From Deltaproteobacteria bacterium (GTDB taxonomy: Bacteria; Desulfobacterota; Desulfobacteria; Desulfobacterales; UBA2156): a DNA stretch of 64,000 bases. Location of the stretch: positions 6,851-70,850 of the forward strand of contig JAFDGC010000003.1 in the NCBI GenBank assembly GCA_019309485.1, written 5' to 3'. Below, piece after piece: positions 40,780 to 49,413 of this stretch. Numbering within the stretch: position 1 is the first letter of the stretch; every line of letters begins with the position of its first letter. The translations under genes were made by a program, and so were the position numbers. The notes beneath the pieces are model-generated. The model did no database searches, was not told where the DNA came from, and saw only the letters and a list, made by a program, of their open reading frames with translations.

Positions 40780-41568
40780 ATGAAGTATTTTGAAGATATC
40801 CAAATGGAAAACCTTCCGGGAAAACACCTGGATCCCGATACGGTTTTTCACTTTTCCTGTCATCCCAAAATCGGCTGTTTCAACCGATGCTGTCGAAACC
40901 TGAATCTGTTTTTACATCCGTATGATGTCTTAAGGCTCAGGAAGGCACTGGGAATCCCTTCCGATGACTTTCTGGAGGGCTACGTGGACGTGGTTCTCAG
41001 AGACGAAACCTATTTTCCGGATGTCCTCCTGAAAATGGCCGATGAAAAGGAAAAGCCTTGCGTCTTTCTTTCGCCTTCCGGTTGCACCGTATATGCCCAC
41101 CGGCCCCATACCTGCCGGCTCTATCCTTTGGAACAGGGCCGGTTCTTCGACGCCACCACCGGTGAAACCCGGCTGGTCCACTTTCTCCGTCCCTTTGAGT
41201 TCTGTCTGGGGCCCCTGGAAAAGGCCTCCTGGACCCCCAAGACGTGGTCTGAAGATCAAAAGGCGGATCTTTATAATGAAATGACGATCCTTTGGAGCGA
41301 TCTCAAGCGTCTATTTCGAGAAAACCCATGGGGGGAAGCCGGCCTGTCGAGCCCTAAGGGGAAGATGGCCTTCATGGCGGTTTACAATATCGACCGGTTT
41401 CGGGAGTTTGTGTTTGGCAGCTCGTTTCTGAAACGCTACCTCATTGCGCCCGCGGTGGTGAAGCAGATTCAAAAAGAAGATATTGAATTGCTGAAATTCG
41501 GGTTCGACTGGGTCAAATATCTGGTGTGGGGGATTCCCGGTCCCCATTTCAAAACAGGATCGGGATAG
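40780..41568 (+). CDS. YkgJ-family (CxxCxxCC-type) cysteine-cluster protein
   Basis: FSCHPKIGCFNRCC...PCVFLSPSGCTVYAHRPHTCRLYP. Confidence 0.6.
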   Translation: MKYFEDIQMENLPGKHLDPDTVFHFSCHPKIGCFNRCCRNLNLFLHPYDVLRLRKALGIPSDDFLEGYVDVVLRDETYFPDVLLKMADEKEKPCVFLSPSGCTVYAHRPHTCRLYPLEQGRFFDATTGETRLVHFLRPFEFCLGPLEKASWTPKTWSEDQKADLYNEMTILWSDLKRLFRENPWGEAGLSSPKGKMAFMAVYNIDRFREFVFGSSFLKRYLIAPAVVKQIQKEDIELLKFGFDWVKYLVWGIPGPHFKTGSG

Positions 41569-41614
41569 GCGCCACAGGACCGCCAAAAGCCTTTTGGAAA
41601 CGCCCCGCCCGGTC

Positions 41615-42430
41615 CTATAAAACCCTCCGCGGTATGGGCGGAACCGGCTCGCCTCCCAGCACGTATCCGCCGTCCAGGCGCAGGACGCTTCCGGTCATAA
41701 ACGGGGCCTCTTCGATGATAAATTCCACCGCTTTCACCACGTCCTGAATGCTCCCGACCCTTCCCATGAGGGTGTGGTGAAGGAGGTCGTCCTTCTGCGC
41801 CTTTGTCAACACGCCCCAACCCCGGGTACCGGGTCCGTGGCGTGTTTCCACGAATCCCAGCATGATCTCGTTGACGCGCACCTGGGGGGCGCCCATGCGG
41901 GCCCAGGTTTCGGTGAAAAGGGAAACTCCCCGGTTGGCCGCGGCATATCCGTCATTGAAGACGTGTGCCGCCGGACCGGTCCTTCCTACGATGCCGGCGA
42001 TGGAAGACAAGTTCACGACCACCCCCTCCCCCGACGCCTTCAAATGGGGTAGGGCCGCGTTGAAGACCCACCATTTGGCCCTGAGGGTGGTTTCCGTCTC
42101 CAGGTCCCATTGTTCCTGGACGTAAGGTCCGTGCACGACGGGCCATCCGCCCCGTTCAATATTGTTGATGAGAATGTGGATACCGCCGAAATGGGCGGCC
42201 ACCGCCGCCACCATGGCGGGAATCTTTTTCGTTTCCCGCAAGTCCACTTTCAGGATGAAGGGTTCGGCCCCGGCGGCCTCAAGATCCTTTTTCAAGGTCT
42301 CAAGATGCGTCTCCCAGTCCCAGTAGACGGCGGCGATCTTCGCCCCTTTCCGGGCAAGGGCCTCGGCGATCCCCTTACCGATGCCTTTAACGGATCCCAG
42401 GACCAAGGCGACTTTTCCCTCAATCTTCAT
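41615..42430 (-). CDS. short-chain dehydrogenase/reductase (SDR) family protein, atypical active-site region
   Basis: Rossmann motif KVALVLGSVKGIGKGIA, and RVNEIMLGFVET. Where YxxxK is expected the sequence reads GYAAANRG, and NNIERGG replaces NNAG. Confidence 0.75.
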   Translation of the reverse strand: MKIEGKVALVLGSVKGIGKGIAEALARKGAKIAAVYWDWETHLETLKKDLEAAGAEPFILKVDLRETKKIPAMVAAVAAHFGGIHILINNIERGGWPVVHGPYVQEQWDLETETTLRAKWWVFNAALPHLKASGEGVVVNLSSIAGIVGRTGPAAHVFNDGYAAANRGVSLFTETWARMGAPQVRVNEIMLGFVETRHGPGTRGWGVLTKAQKDDLLHHTLMGRVGSIQDVVKAVEFIIEEAPFMTGSVLRLDGGYVLGGEPVPPIPRRVL

Positions 42431-42803
42431 GGGGTCGATCCTCCTTGTTGCATCCTTTAAAAAGCCGGGTCACCCATCGATGTCCCATGGCCAACAGGTT
42501 TAAATCATCCAAGGCGTCGGCATCGATTCCACGGCGACCATCTGTGCATTCATACCGGTGTCCGCTTCCCGGACGGGCTCCGTTGAAGTTCCACATCGTC
42601 AACCCCCGGCGCCCGGACACCAGCGACCATGTGGAGATGAAAGGGCTTCATGAAGCCGTCCGTTTCTTTTTCGAAATGAACGGTTCCGATCCGCCAGAGG
42701 TAACAGTTTCCGCCTTTTAGTCAACAAAAATCGTGGAATCCAAGGCCGATTTCATGCATGGGCGAAAAGATGGAACCGGAGGGATTTTTTGCCGTGAAAG
42801 TGC

Positions 42804-42832
42804 TTGACAAGAATCCTTATGGATGGTAATTG
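42804..42832 (+). promoter_or_regulatory. candidate sigma70 promoter of aprBA
   Basis: TTGACA (42804-42809), a 17-nt spacer, then TAATTG preceded by TGg (extended -10). This implies a 5' UTR of about 250 nt. Confidence 0.4.
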
Positions 42833-43087
42833 AACTCTTTCTTTATTGCGGGGGGGATTATTCCATCTGATTGAAATCAGAATTAATTTATGGATCCTGG
42901 AACAGCATACCCTTTGGCTGAGAGAAAAGGGGGATTCGATAAATCGGCCCGGCGACGAAACCCGGATAGGGCTCGGAATGAAGGGGGGTGTAAAAAGGAA
43001 AACTTGTTTTAGTGATTTGACCCAAGAATTTAAAGAAAGCTGCAAAAGAAACCATTTTTGCACAAAAATGATGAGGAGGTAATGTAA

Positions 43088-43525
43088 ATGCCAAGTTTCG
43101 TAATAGCTGAGAAATGTGACGGCTGCAAAGGCGGGGAAAAGACGGCATGCATGTACATCTGCCCCAATGATCTCATGGTGTTGGAACCCAATGAGATGAA
43201 AGCCTACAACCAGGAGCCGGATCAGTGCTGGGAGTGTTTTTCATGCGTGAAGATCTGCCCCACCCAGGCCATTGAAGTCCGGGGATACGCGGATTTCGTG
43301 CCCCTGGGAAGCAGCGTGATGCCGATGCTGGGTACCGAAGACGTGATGTGGACCTGTAAGTTCAGAAACGGCGTCATCAAACGCTTCAAGTTCCCCATCC
43401 GGACCACACCCGAGGGCGCGGCCAATGCCTACGAAGACCTGAAAGGAAAAGACCTTGAAAGCCCGCTTCTTTCCACCCAGGAAGCGGAAGGGTATCAGAT
43501 GCCCAAGCCCAAAGAACTCGTCTAG
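43088..43525 (+). CDS. aprB: adenylylsulfate (APS) reductase beta subunit
   Basis: MPSFVIAEKCDGCKG...CMYICPNDLM...CWECFSCVKICP ferredoxin motifs plus the AprB C-terminal tail. Confidence 0.95.
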   Translation: MPSFVIAEKCDGCKGGEKTACMYICPNDLMVLEPNEMKAYNQEPDQCWECFSCVKICPTQAIEVRGYADFVPLGSSVMPMLGTEDVMWTCKFRNGVIKRFKFPIRTTPEGAANAYEDLKGKDLESPLLSTQEAEGYQMPKPKELV

Positions 43526-43597
43526 GAGACTGTCTTGGGCAGGGTCTTAAAGCAGTCGTACAATCATTTTGCATCATTATTTGAAGGAGGATAAAAC

Positions 43598-45574
43598 ATG
43601 GCATTACCGAACAAACCCAAAGGGGAACTCAAGGTCGTAAGGGACCCGGAGTTTGAAGAACGCGAAGTCGATATCCTGATCGTCGGCGGCGGCATGGCTG
43701 CCTGCGGCGCGGCTTTCGAGGTCAAAAAATGGATGTCCGATGACCAGAGTGTTTTGCTGGTGGACAAGGCCGCCATGGAGCGCTCCGGCGCCGTGGCGCA
43801 GGGTCTTTCCGCCATCAACACCTATATCGGGGAAAACACGCCGGATGACTATGTCCGCATGGTCAGAAACGACCTAATGGGAATCGTCCGGGAAGACCTG
43901 ATCTTCGACCTGGGATGCCACGTGGACGATTCCGTGCACCTGTTCGAGGAATGGGGGCTGCCCATTTGGAAAAAATCCAACGAGGGCAAAAACCTCGACG
44001 GGAAAAAGGGTCTGTCCATGGGAACGCTGAAATCCGGCGCCCAGCCGGTCCGCACCGGAAAATGGCAGATCATGATCAACGGCGAATCCTACAAGCGGAT
44101 CGTGGCCGAAGCCGCCAAGAAGGCCATCGGCGAAGACAACATCCTGGAGCGGGTCTTTATCGTGGAACTGGCCCTGGATAAGAACCGGCCCAACCAGATC
44201 GGCGCCGCCTGCGGATTCTCGGTACGGGAAAACAAGGTGTATCTGATCAAGTGCAAGACCGCATTGATCGCCTGCGGCGGCGCGGTGAACATCTACCAGC
44301 CCCGGAGCGTCGGGGAAGGCAAAGGCCGGGCCTGGTATCCGGTGTGGAACTCCGGTTCCACCTATTATCTGGGAATGCGGGTCGGTGCCGAGCTTTCCAT
44401 GATGGAAAACCGGTTCACCCCTGCCCGGTTCAAGGACGGCTACGGCCCGGTGGGCGCCTGGTTCCTCCTCTTCAAGGCCAAGACCCTCAACGGTTTGGGC
44501 GAAAATTTCGCCGCCAGTGAGGCCGCCAAGAATGAACTGGAAAAATATGCCCCGTACGGCACCGCCGCCGTCACCCCCACCTGCCTGCGGAACCATCTGA
44601 TGCTCTTCGAGATGAAGGAAGGCCGCGGCCCCATCATCATGGATACAGTGACCGCATTGGCCGAACTCGGGAAGACCATGGACAAAAAGGAACTCAAGCA
44701 TCTGGAATCGGAAGCTTGGGAAGACTTTCTGGATATGACCTGCGGCCAGGCCAACCTGTGGTGCGCCACGAACACCGAACCGGAAAAGAAGAACTCCGAG
44801 GTCATGCCCACCGAGCCATACCTGCTCGGATCCCATTCGGGCTGCTGCGGCTTCTGGGTCTCCGGACCGGATTTTGACTGGATCCCGGATGCCTATAAGA
44901 TCAAGGCCGACAACGGCAAGGTCTACAACCGGATGACCACGGTCAACGGGCTTTTCACCGCCGGCGACGGCGTGGGCTGCTCCGGCCACAAATTCTCCTC
45001 CGGTTCTCATGCCGAAGGCCGGGTCGCCGCCAAGCAGATGGTCCGCTACGCCAAGGATCACGGCGATTTCAAACCCGAAATCGAACTGACCAAGGACCAG
45101 ATCATCGACTACGTCTACAAACCGGTCCGAACCTATATGGACAATGCCGCTTACACCACGGCCGAAGACATCAACCCCAACTACATCAAGCCCAACGGCA
45201 TGATGTACCGGATGATGAAGGCCACCCACGAGTACGGCGCCGGGACCGCCACCTACTACATGACGACCACCAAGAATCTGGAAATTGTCATGGAGATGCT
45301 CCAATGGATGCGGGAAGACTGCGAAAAGCTGGCCGCCGGGGATCTCCACGAACTGATGCGGGCCTGGGAAATCCTGCACCGCATCTGGACGGTGGAAGCG
45401 CACCTGCGACACATCCAGTTCCGGAAAGAAACCCGGTACCCCGGCTTCTACTATCAGGCCGATTTCCCGGGGCAGGACGACGCGAACTGGTTCGCCTTCG
45501 TCAACTCCAAGTTCGACCCGAAAGAACAAAAATGGGATATCTTCAAGAAAGACTACATCAAGATCATCCCGTAA
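43598..45574 (+). CDS. aprA: adenylylsulfate (APS) reductase alpha subunit
   Basis: 658-aa flavoprotein with ILIVGGGMAACGAAFE; the full-length pattern is typical of AprA. Confidence 0.97.
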   Translation: MALPNKPKGELKVVRDPEFEEREVDILIVGGGMAACGAAFEVKKWMSDDQSVLLVDKAAMERSGAVAQGLSAINTYIGENTPDDYVRMVRNDLMGIVREDLIFDLGCHVDDSVHLFEEWGLPIWKKSNEGKNLDGKKGLSMGTLKSGAQPVRTGKWQIMINGESYKRIVAEAAKKAIGEDNILERVFIVELALDKNRPNQIGAACGFSVRENKVYLIKCKTALIACGGAVNIYQPRSVGEGKGRAWYPVWNSGSTYYLGMRVGAELSMMENRFTPARFKDGYGPVGAWFLLFKAKTLNGLGENFAASEAAKNELEKYAPYGTAAVTPTCLRNHLMLFEMKEGRGPIIMDTVTALAELGKTMDKKELKHLESEAWEDFLDMTCGQANLWCATNTEPEKKNSEVMPTEPYLLGSHSGCCGFWVSGPDFDWIPDAYKIKADNGKVYNRMTTVNGLFTAGDGVGCSGHKFSSGSHAEGRVAAKQMVRYAKDHGDFKPEIELTKDQIIDYVYKPVRTYMDNAAYTTAEDINPNYIKPNGMMYRMMKATHEYGAGTATYYMTTTKNLEIVMEMLQWMREDCEKLAAGDLHELMRAWEILHRIWTVEAHLRHIQFRKETRYPGFYYQADFPGQDDANWFAFVNSKFDPKEQKWDIFKKDYIKIIP

Positions 45575-45605
45575 TCGAGGAACGACTGTGACATAGTCGA
45601 GCAAC

Positions 45606-45644
45606 AGACCTCCAGGTGTCGCCAGACACCTGGAGGTTTTTGTT
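45606..45644 (+). terminator. intrinsic terminator/attenuator after aprA
   Basis: 13-bp perfect stem ACCTCCAGGTGTC (45608-45620) / GACACCTGGAGGT (45625-45637), loop GCCA, then TTTTTGTT. Confidence 0.8.
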
Positions 45645-45657
45645 ACGATCCCCGGTT

Positions 45658-45718
45658 ATGGGTGATATACGAGGGGTGATCGTTTTCACCATTGGATCGC
45701 CCGTCGCCTATCACCCAT
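45658..45718 (+). promoter_or_regulatory. structured qmoA leader element (10-bp inverted repeat enclosing a second hairpin; three GGGTGAT units)
   Basis: ATGGGTGATA (45658-45667) pairs with TATCACCCAT (45709-45718). The inner hairpin is GGTGA/TCACC (45675-45690). Confidence 0.4.
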
Positions 45719-45749
45719 AACCCAATACCTTACAGTACGGAGGGATGGC

Positions 45750-47027
45750 ATGACAGACAATCAAAAAGCCCCTGGCAGCGGAAGCATTTTGGTCGTGGGA
45801 GGCGGCATCAGCGGTCTCACCACCACCCTGGAAGCCGCCGAGGTGGGATACGAGGTGTTTCTCGTGGAAAAGAATCCCTATCTGGGGGGGAGAGTCGCGC
45901 AGTTGAATCAGTATTTTCCCAAGCTGTGCCCCCCCACCTGCGGCCTGGAGATCAATTTCAGAAGAATCAAGGACAACCCCAACATCAAGACCTTTACCCT
46001 TGCGGAAGTCGAAAAGGTGGACGGTGTCCCTGGAAACTACGACGTCACGGTGCGGTTGAACCCCCGCTACGTCAATGAAAACTGCACCTGCTGCGGGGAG
46101 TGCGCCGCGGCCTGTGAAACGGAAATCGTCAACGATTTCAACTTCGGCATCGATCGGCACAAGGGTGCGTATCTTCCTTTCGAGATGGCGTTTCCCGCCC
46201 GGTACGTGATCTCTCCCCAGATCATCGGGACCGAAGACGCCACACGATGCAAAGACGCCTGTAAATACGGCGCCGTGGATCTGGAGATGAAGGCCAAAAC
46301 CGTCACGGTGAACGTGGGCGCCATCGTCTGGGCAACGGGCTGGGAACCCTATGATGCGGGCAAGATCGACAACCTCGGCTTCGGCCGGTACCCCAACATC
46401 ATCACCAACATGATGATGGAGCGCCTGGCCGCTCCAAACGGACCCACCCAAGGCAAGATCCTGCGCCCCTCGGACGACAAGGAGCCCCAGAGCATCGCCT
46501 TCGTCCAGTGCGCCGGATCCCGGGATGAAAATCATCTTCCCTATTGTTCCTACATCTGTTGTATGGCTTCCCTCAAGCAGGCCACGTACATCCGGGAACG
46601 GAATCCGGAAGCCCAGATCTACATTTTCTATATCGACCTGCGGGCGCCCGGATACCGTTACGAGCGCTTTTACAAAAAGATCAAGGAAGACGACAAAATA
46701 CACTTCATCAAGGGGAAGGTCGCCGAGGTCAGCGAAGATCCGACAACGCAGAACATCACCGTGGTGGCGGAAAACGCCGTTACGGGGGAAAAGATCAAGC
46801 AGGCCGTGGAAATGGTGGTCCTGGCCACCGGCATGCAGCCCACCGCCGCCCAGGCCAAACCCCCGGCGGACTTGAAATTCACCGAAGACGGATTCATCGT
46901 CAACGATTTCGCCCGGGGGGGGATGTTCGCGGCGGGATGCGCCAACAAACCGGCCGACGTCGTCTCATCCAACCAGAATGCGACGGGCATGGCGCTGAAA
47001 GCGATCCAAACCCTGGTGAGAAAGTAG
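45750..47027 (+). CDS. qmoA: quinone-interacting membrane-bound oxidoreductase subunit QmoA (HdrA-like flavoprotein)
   Basis: SILVVGGGISGLTTTLEAAEVG, HdrA-like, first gene after aprBA. Confidence 0.9.
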   Translation: MTDNQKAPGSGSILVVGGGISGLTTTLEAAEVGYEVFLVEKNPYLGGRVAQLNQYFPKLCPPTCGLEINFRRIKDNPNIKTFTLAEVEKVDGVPGNYDVTVRLNPRYVNENCTCCGECAAACETEIVNDFNFGIDRHKGAYLPFEMAFPARYVISPQIIGTEDATRCKDACKYGAVDLEMKAKTVTVNVGAIVWATGWEPYDAGKIDNLGFGRYPNIITNMMMERLAAPNGPTQGKILRPSDDKEPQSIAFVQCAGSRDENHLPYCSYICCMASLKQATYIRERNPEAQIYIFYIDLRAPGYRYERFYKKIKEDDKIHFIKGKVAEVSEDPTTQNITVVAENAVTGEKIKQAVEMVVLATGMQPTAAQAKPPADLKFTEDGFIVNDFARGGMFAAGCANKPADVVSSNQNATGMALKAIQTLVRK

Positions 47028-47040
47028 GAGGAGGTCATCC

Positions 47041-49377
47041 ATGGATAAAAAATACGGCGTCTATATTTGCACCGGATGCGGCATCGGGGATTCCCTGGAC
47101 ATGGAGGCCCTCGAAAAGGTGCCCCAGGAACAAGGGTTTCCCTGCAAAACCCATCCGTTTCTTTGCGGCGACGACGGCGTCGCCCTGCTCAAAAGCGAGA
47201 TCGATTCGGGAATCAACACCCTGGTGATTGCCGCCTGCTCCCGCCGGGTTCATTTCGACACATTCCGATTCCCCGGGTGCATCGTGGACCGGGTGAACCT
47301 GCGGGAAGGCGTGGTGTGGTCCCATCCCCGGTCGGTTTTTCCGGCCCTGACGGAAGAAGAAAAAGCCGACGAAGATAAATTCGACCGCGTCCTGATGATG
47401 GCCGAAGACTATATCCGGATGGGGATGGCCCGGGTGAAGAAGATCACCCTCCCCGAACCCTATAAGCTCGAAACCTTCACCCGCAGGATCCTGGTCATCG
47501 GCGGCGGGATCACCGGCATGTCGGCGGCCCTCGATGCGGCGGCGGCCGGATATGAAGTCACCATCGTGGAAAAGGAACCGCAACTGGGGGGGCACGCCAA
47601 CCACTGGCGCAAACAACTCCCCACGGAACATCCCTACGAAGATCTGATGCCGCCCATCGTGGAGAAAAAAATCCAGGAGGTCTCGGATCATCCCCTCATC
47701 ACGGTCCGGACGGAAACAGTGGTGGCCCGAATCGCCGGGGAACCCGGGGATTTCACAGTGACCCTCAAAAAGCCCGGCGAAAAAATCGAATTTGACGTTC
47801 CCTATCCCCTCCCCCCGGAAATGCGCGTGGATGACAAGGGAAAGGAACTGGATGCCGAACAACTCCATGCCAAATACATGGAATACAACGAGGGACGGCT
47901 GGATATCCTCACCCTCGACCCCAACGGCGAGAAGTTCGGCGCCGTGATCCTGGCCGCCGGATGGCGGCCCTACGAACCGAAATCCGGCGAACTGGCCCAT
48001 TACGGCTACGGCGAGATTCCCGACGTGGTCACCAACGCCCAGTTCGAAAAAATCGCCAAAGACGGAAAAATCCTCCGGCCTTCGGACGGCAAAGCCGCCA
48101 AATCCGTGGTCTTTATCCAGAGTCAGGGGAAAGGGGATGATGCGGATTTTGACTATGCCGGATCCGTTACCAGCCTGGTGGCGCTCAAGCAGGCCAAATA
48201 TGTCCGGGAGGACTATCCCGATGACGGGAAGGCCTTTGTCTTTTACCAGCACATGCGCACGCCGGGGCTTTCCGAAGGTTTTTATAAAAGCATCCAGCAG
48301 GACCCGGGGATCTTTTTAACCAAAGGAGAAGTGATCCAGGTGTCCAAAAACGGCGGCGGGATGACCGTCACCGCGGAAAACACTCTCTTGGGGGAAAATG
48401 TGGAACTTTCCGCCGATATGGTGGTGTTGGCCACCGGCATGGTGCCGGCCACCAAGGACGATCCTGTGGTGAATCTGGCCTATCGACAAGGACCCGGATT
48501 TCGGGATAACGCCATTTTCAATGAATATGCGGATTCCAACTATATTTGTTTTCCCTACGAGACCCAGCGCACCGGCATTTACGCCGCCGGCGCCATCCGC
48601 CGGGCCTTGACCGTGGAAGAATCCATGGAAGACGCCGCCGGCGCGGCTTTGAAAGCCATCCAATGTCTCGAATCGGTGAACCGGGGCGTCTCCGTACACC
48701 CCCGGTCCGGAGACATGACGTTTCCCGACTTTTTCTTCCAGCGGTGCACCCAGTGCAAGCGGTGCACCGAAGAGTGTCCCTTCGGGGCTCTGGACGACGA
48801 TGCCAAAGGAACACCCAAGCCGAATCCCGCCCGTTGCCGACGATGCGGCACCTGTATGGGCGCCTGTCCGGAACGCATTATCGGGTTTGCGGACTACAAT
48901 ATCGACAGCATCGGTTCCATGGTCAAAGCCGTGAGCGTGCCTTCGGAAGACGACTATACCGAGCCGCCGCTGCGGATTTTGGGCCTGGTGTGCGAAAACG
49001 ACGCCTACCCCGCCCTGGACATCGCCGGGATCAACGGACTCTCCTATTCGGCGGACGTCCGGCTCATTCCGGTCCGATGCCTCGGATCCGTCAATGTCAT
49101 CTGGATCAAGGACGCCCTTTCCCAGGGAATGGACGGGGTGTTCCTCTTGGGGTGCAAGTACGGGGACGACTACCAATGCCATTTCATTAAAGGGAGCGAA
49201 CTGGCGGACATCCGGATGAAAAAGATCGGCGACGCACTGGCCAGCCTGGCATTGGAAAATGAGCGGGTCGCCCAGTTTGAAGTGGCCATCGATGATTACG
49301 ACAAGCTCCCCAAAATCATCAACGATTTTGTGGAATCCATCGAAGCCATGGGGCCCAACCCGTTCAAGGGATTCTAG
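47041..49377 (+). CDS. qmoB: QmoB (HdrA-like flavoprotein with 4Fe-4S and MvhD-like domains)
   Basis: RILVIGGGITGMSAALDAAAAG, CTQCKRCTEECP / CRRCGTCMGACP ferredoxin motifs, and a C-terminal MvhD-like region. Confidence 0.9.
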   Translation: MDKKYGVYICTGCGIGDSLDMEALEKVPQEQGFPCKTHPFLCGDDGVALLKSEIDSGINTLVIAACSRRVHFDTFRFPGCIVDRVNLREGVVWSHPRSVFPALTEEEKADEDKFDRVLMMAEDYIRMGMARVKKITLPEPYKLETFTRRILVIGGGITGMSAALDAAAAGYEVTIVEKEPQLGGHANHWRKQLPTEHPYEDLMPPIVEKKIQEVSDHPLITVRTETVVARIAGEPGDFTVTLKKPGEKIEFDVPYPLPPEMRVDDKGKELDAEQLHAKYMEYNEGRLDILTLDPNGEKFGAVILAAGWRPYEPKSGELAHYGYGEIPDVVTNAQFEKIAKDGKILRPSDGKAAKSVVFIQSQGKGDDADFDYAGSVTSLVALKQAKYVREDYPDDGKAFVFYQHMRTPGLSEGFYKSIQQDPGIFLTKGEVIQVSKNGGGMTVTAENTLLGENVELSADMVVLATGMVPATKDDPVVNLAYRQGPGFRDNAIFNEYADSNYICFPYETQRTGIYAAGAIRRALTVEESMEDAAGAALKAIQCLESVNRGVSVHPRSGDMTFPDFFFQRCTQCKRCTEECPFGALDDDAKGTPKPNPARCRRCGTCMGACPERIIGFADYNIDSIGSMVKAVSVPSEDDYTEPPLRILGLVCENDAYPALDIAGINGLSYSADVRLIPVRCLGSVNVIWIKDALSQGMDGVFLLGCKYGDDYQCHFIKGSELADIRMKKIGDALASLALENERVAQFEVAIDDYDKLPKIINDFVESIEAMGPNPFKGF

Positions 49378-49413
49378 GAAACCGCGCGGATTTCGCGAAA
49401 CAAAACAGGAGGT

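Noticed and set aside
42420-42620. 66-aa ORF ending 8 nt inside the SDR gene, considered as a possible coupled leader peptide.
   Set aside because: It has a GTG start without an SD and an Arg/Gly-rich composition with no recognisable family. It is kept only as part of the possible gene-remnant observation.
43068-43087. Mini-ORFs ATGATGAGGAGGTAA and ATGTAA immediately before the aprB ATG, considered as possible start-stop or uORF regulation.
   Set aside because: They are by-products of the SD (GAGGAGG) and its flanks. The SD spacing is only right for the aprB ATG at 43088: 8 nt, against about 2-3 nt for the ATG at 43082.
43874-45604. Very long ORFs antisense to well-supported genes. Examples are 43874-45604 opposite aprA, 28933-30432 opposite nusA, 21284-22600 opposite pnp and 26524-27672 opposite infB. 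Others are 47035-48252 and 48316-49638 opposite qmoB, 50778-52007 opposite sat, 54869-56164 opposite accC and 57320-58525 opposite the TRAP binding protein. Further cases are 8957-10075, 24410-25477, 32589-33707, 45711-46703 and 60924-61850.
   Set aside because: Each lies exactly opposite a gene with unmistakable family motifs. Their translations are G/R/P/H/D/V-rich low complexity with no recognisable domains. Stop-poor antisense frames are expected in GC-rich, codon-biased genes.
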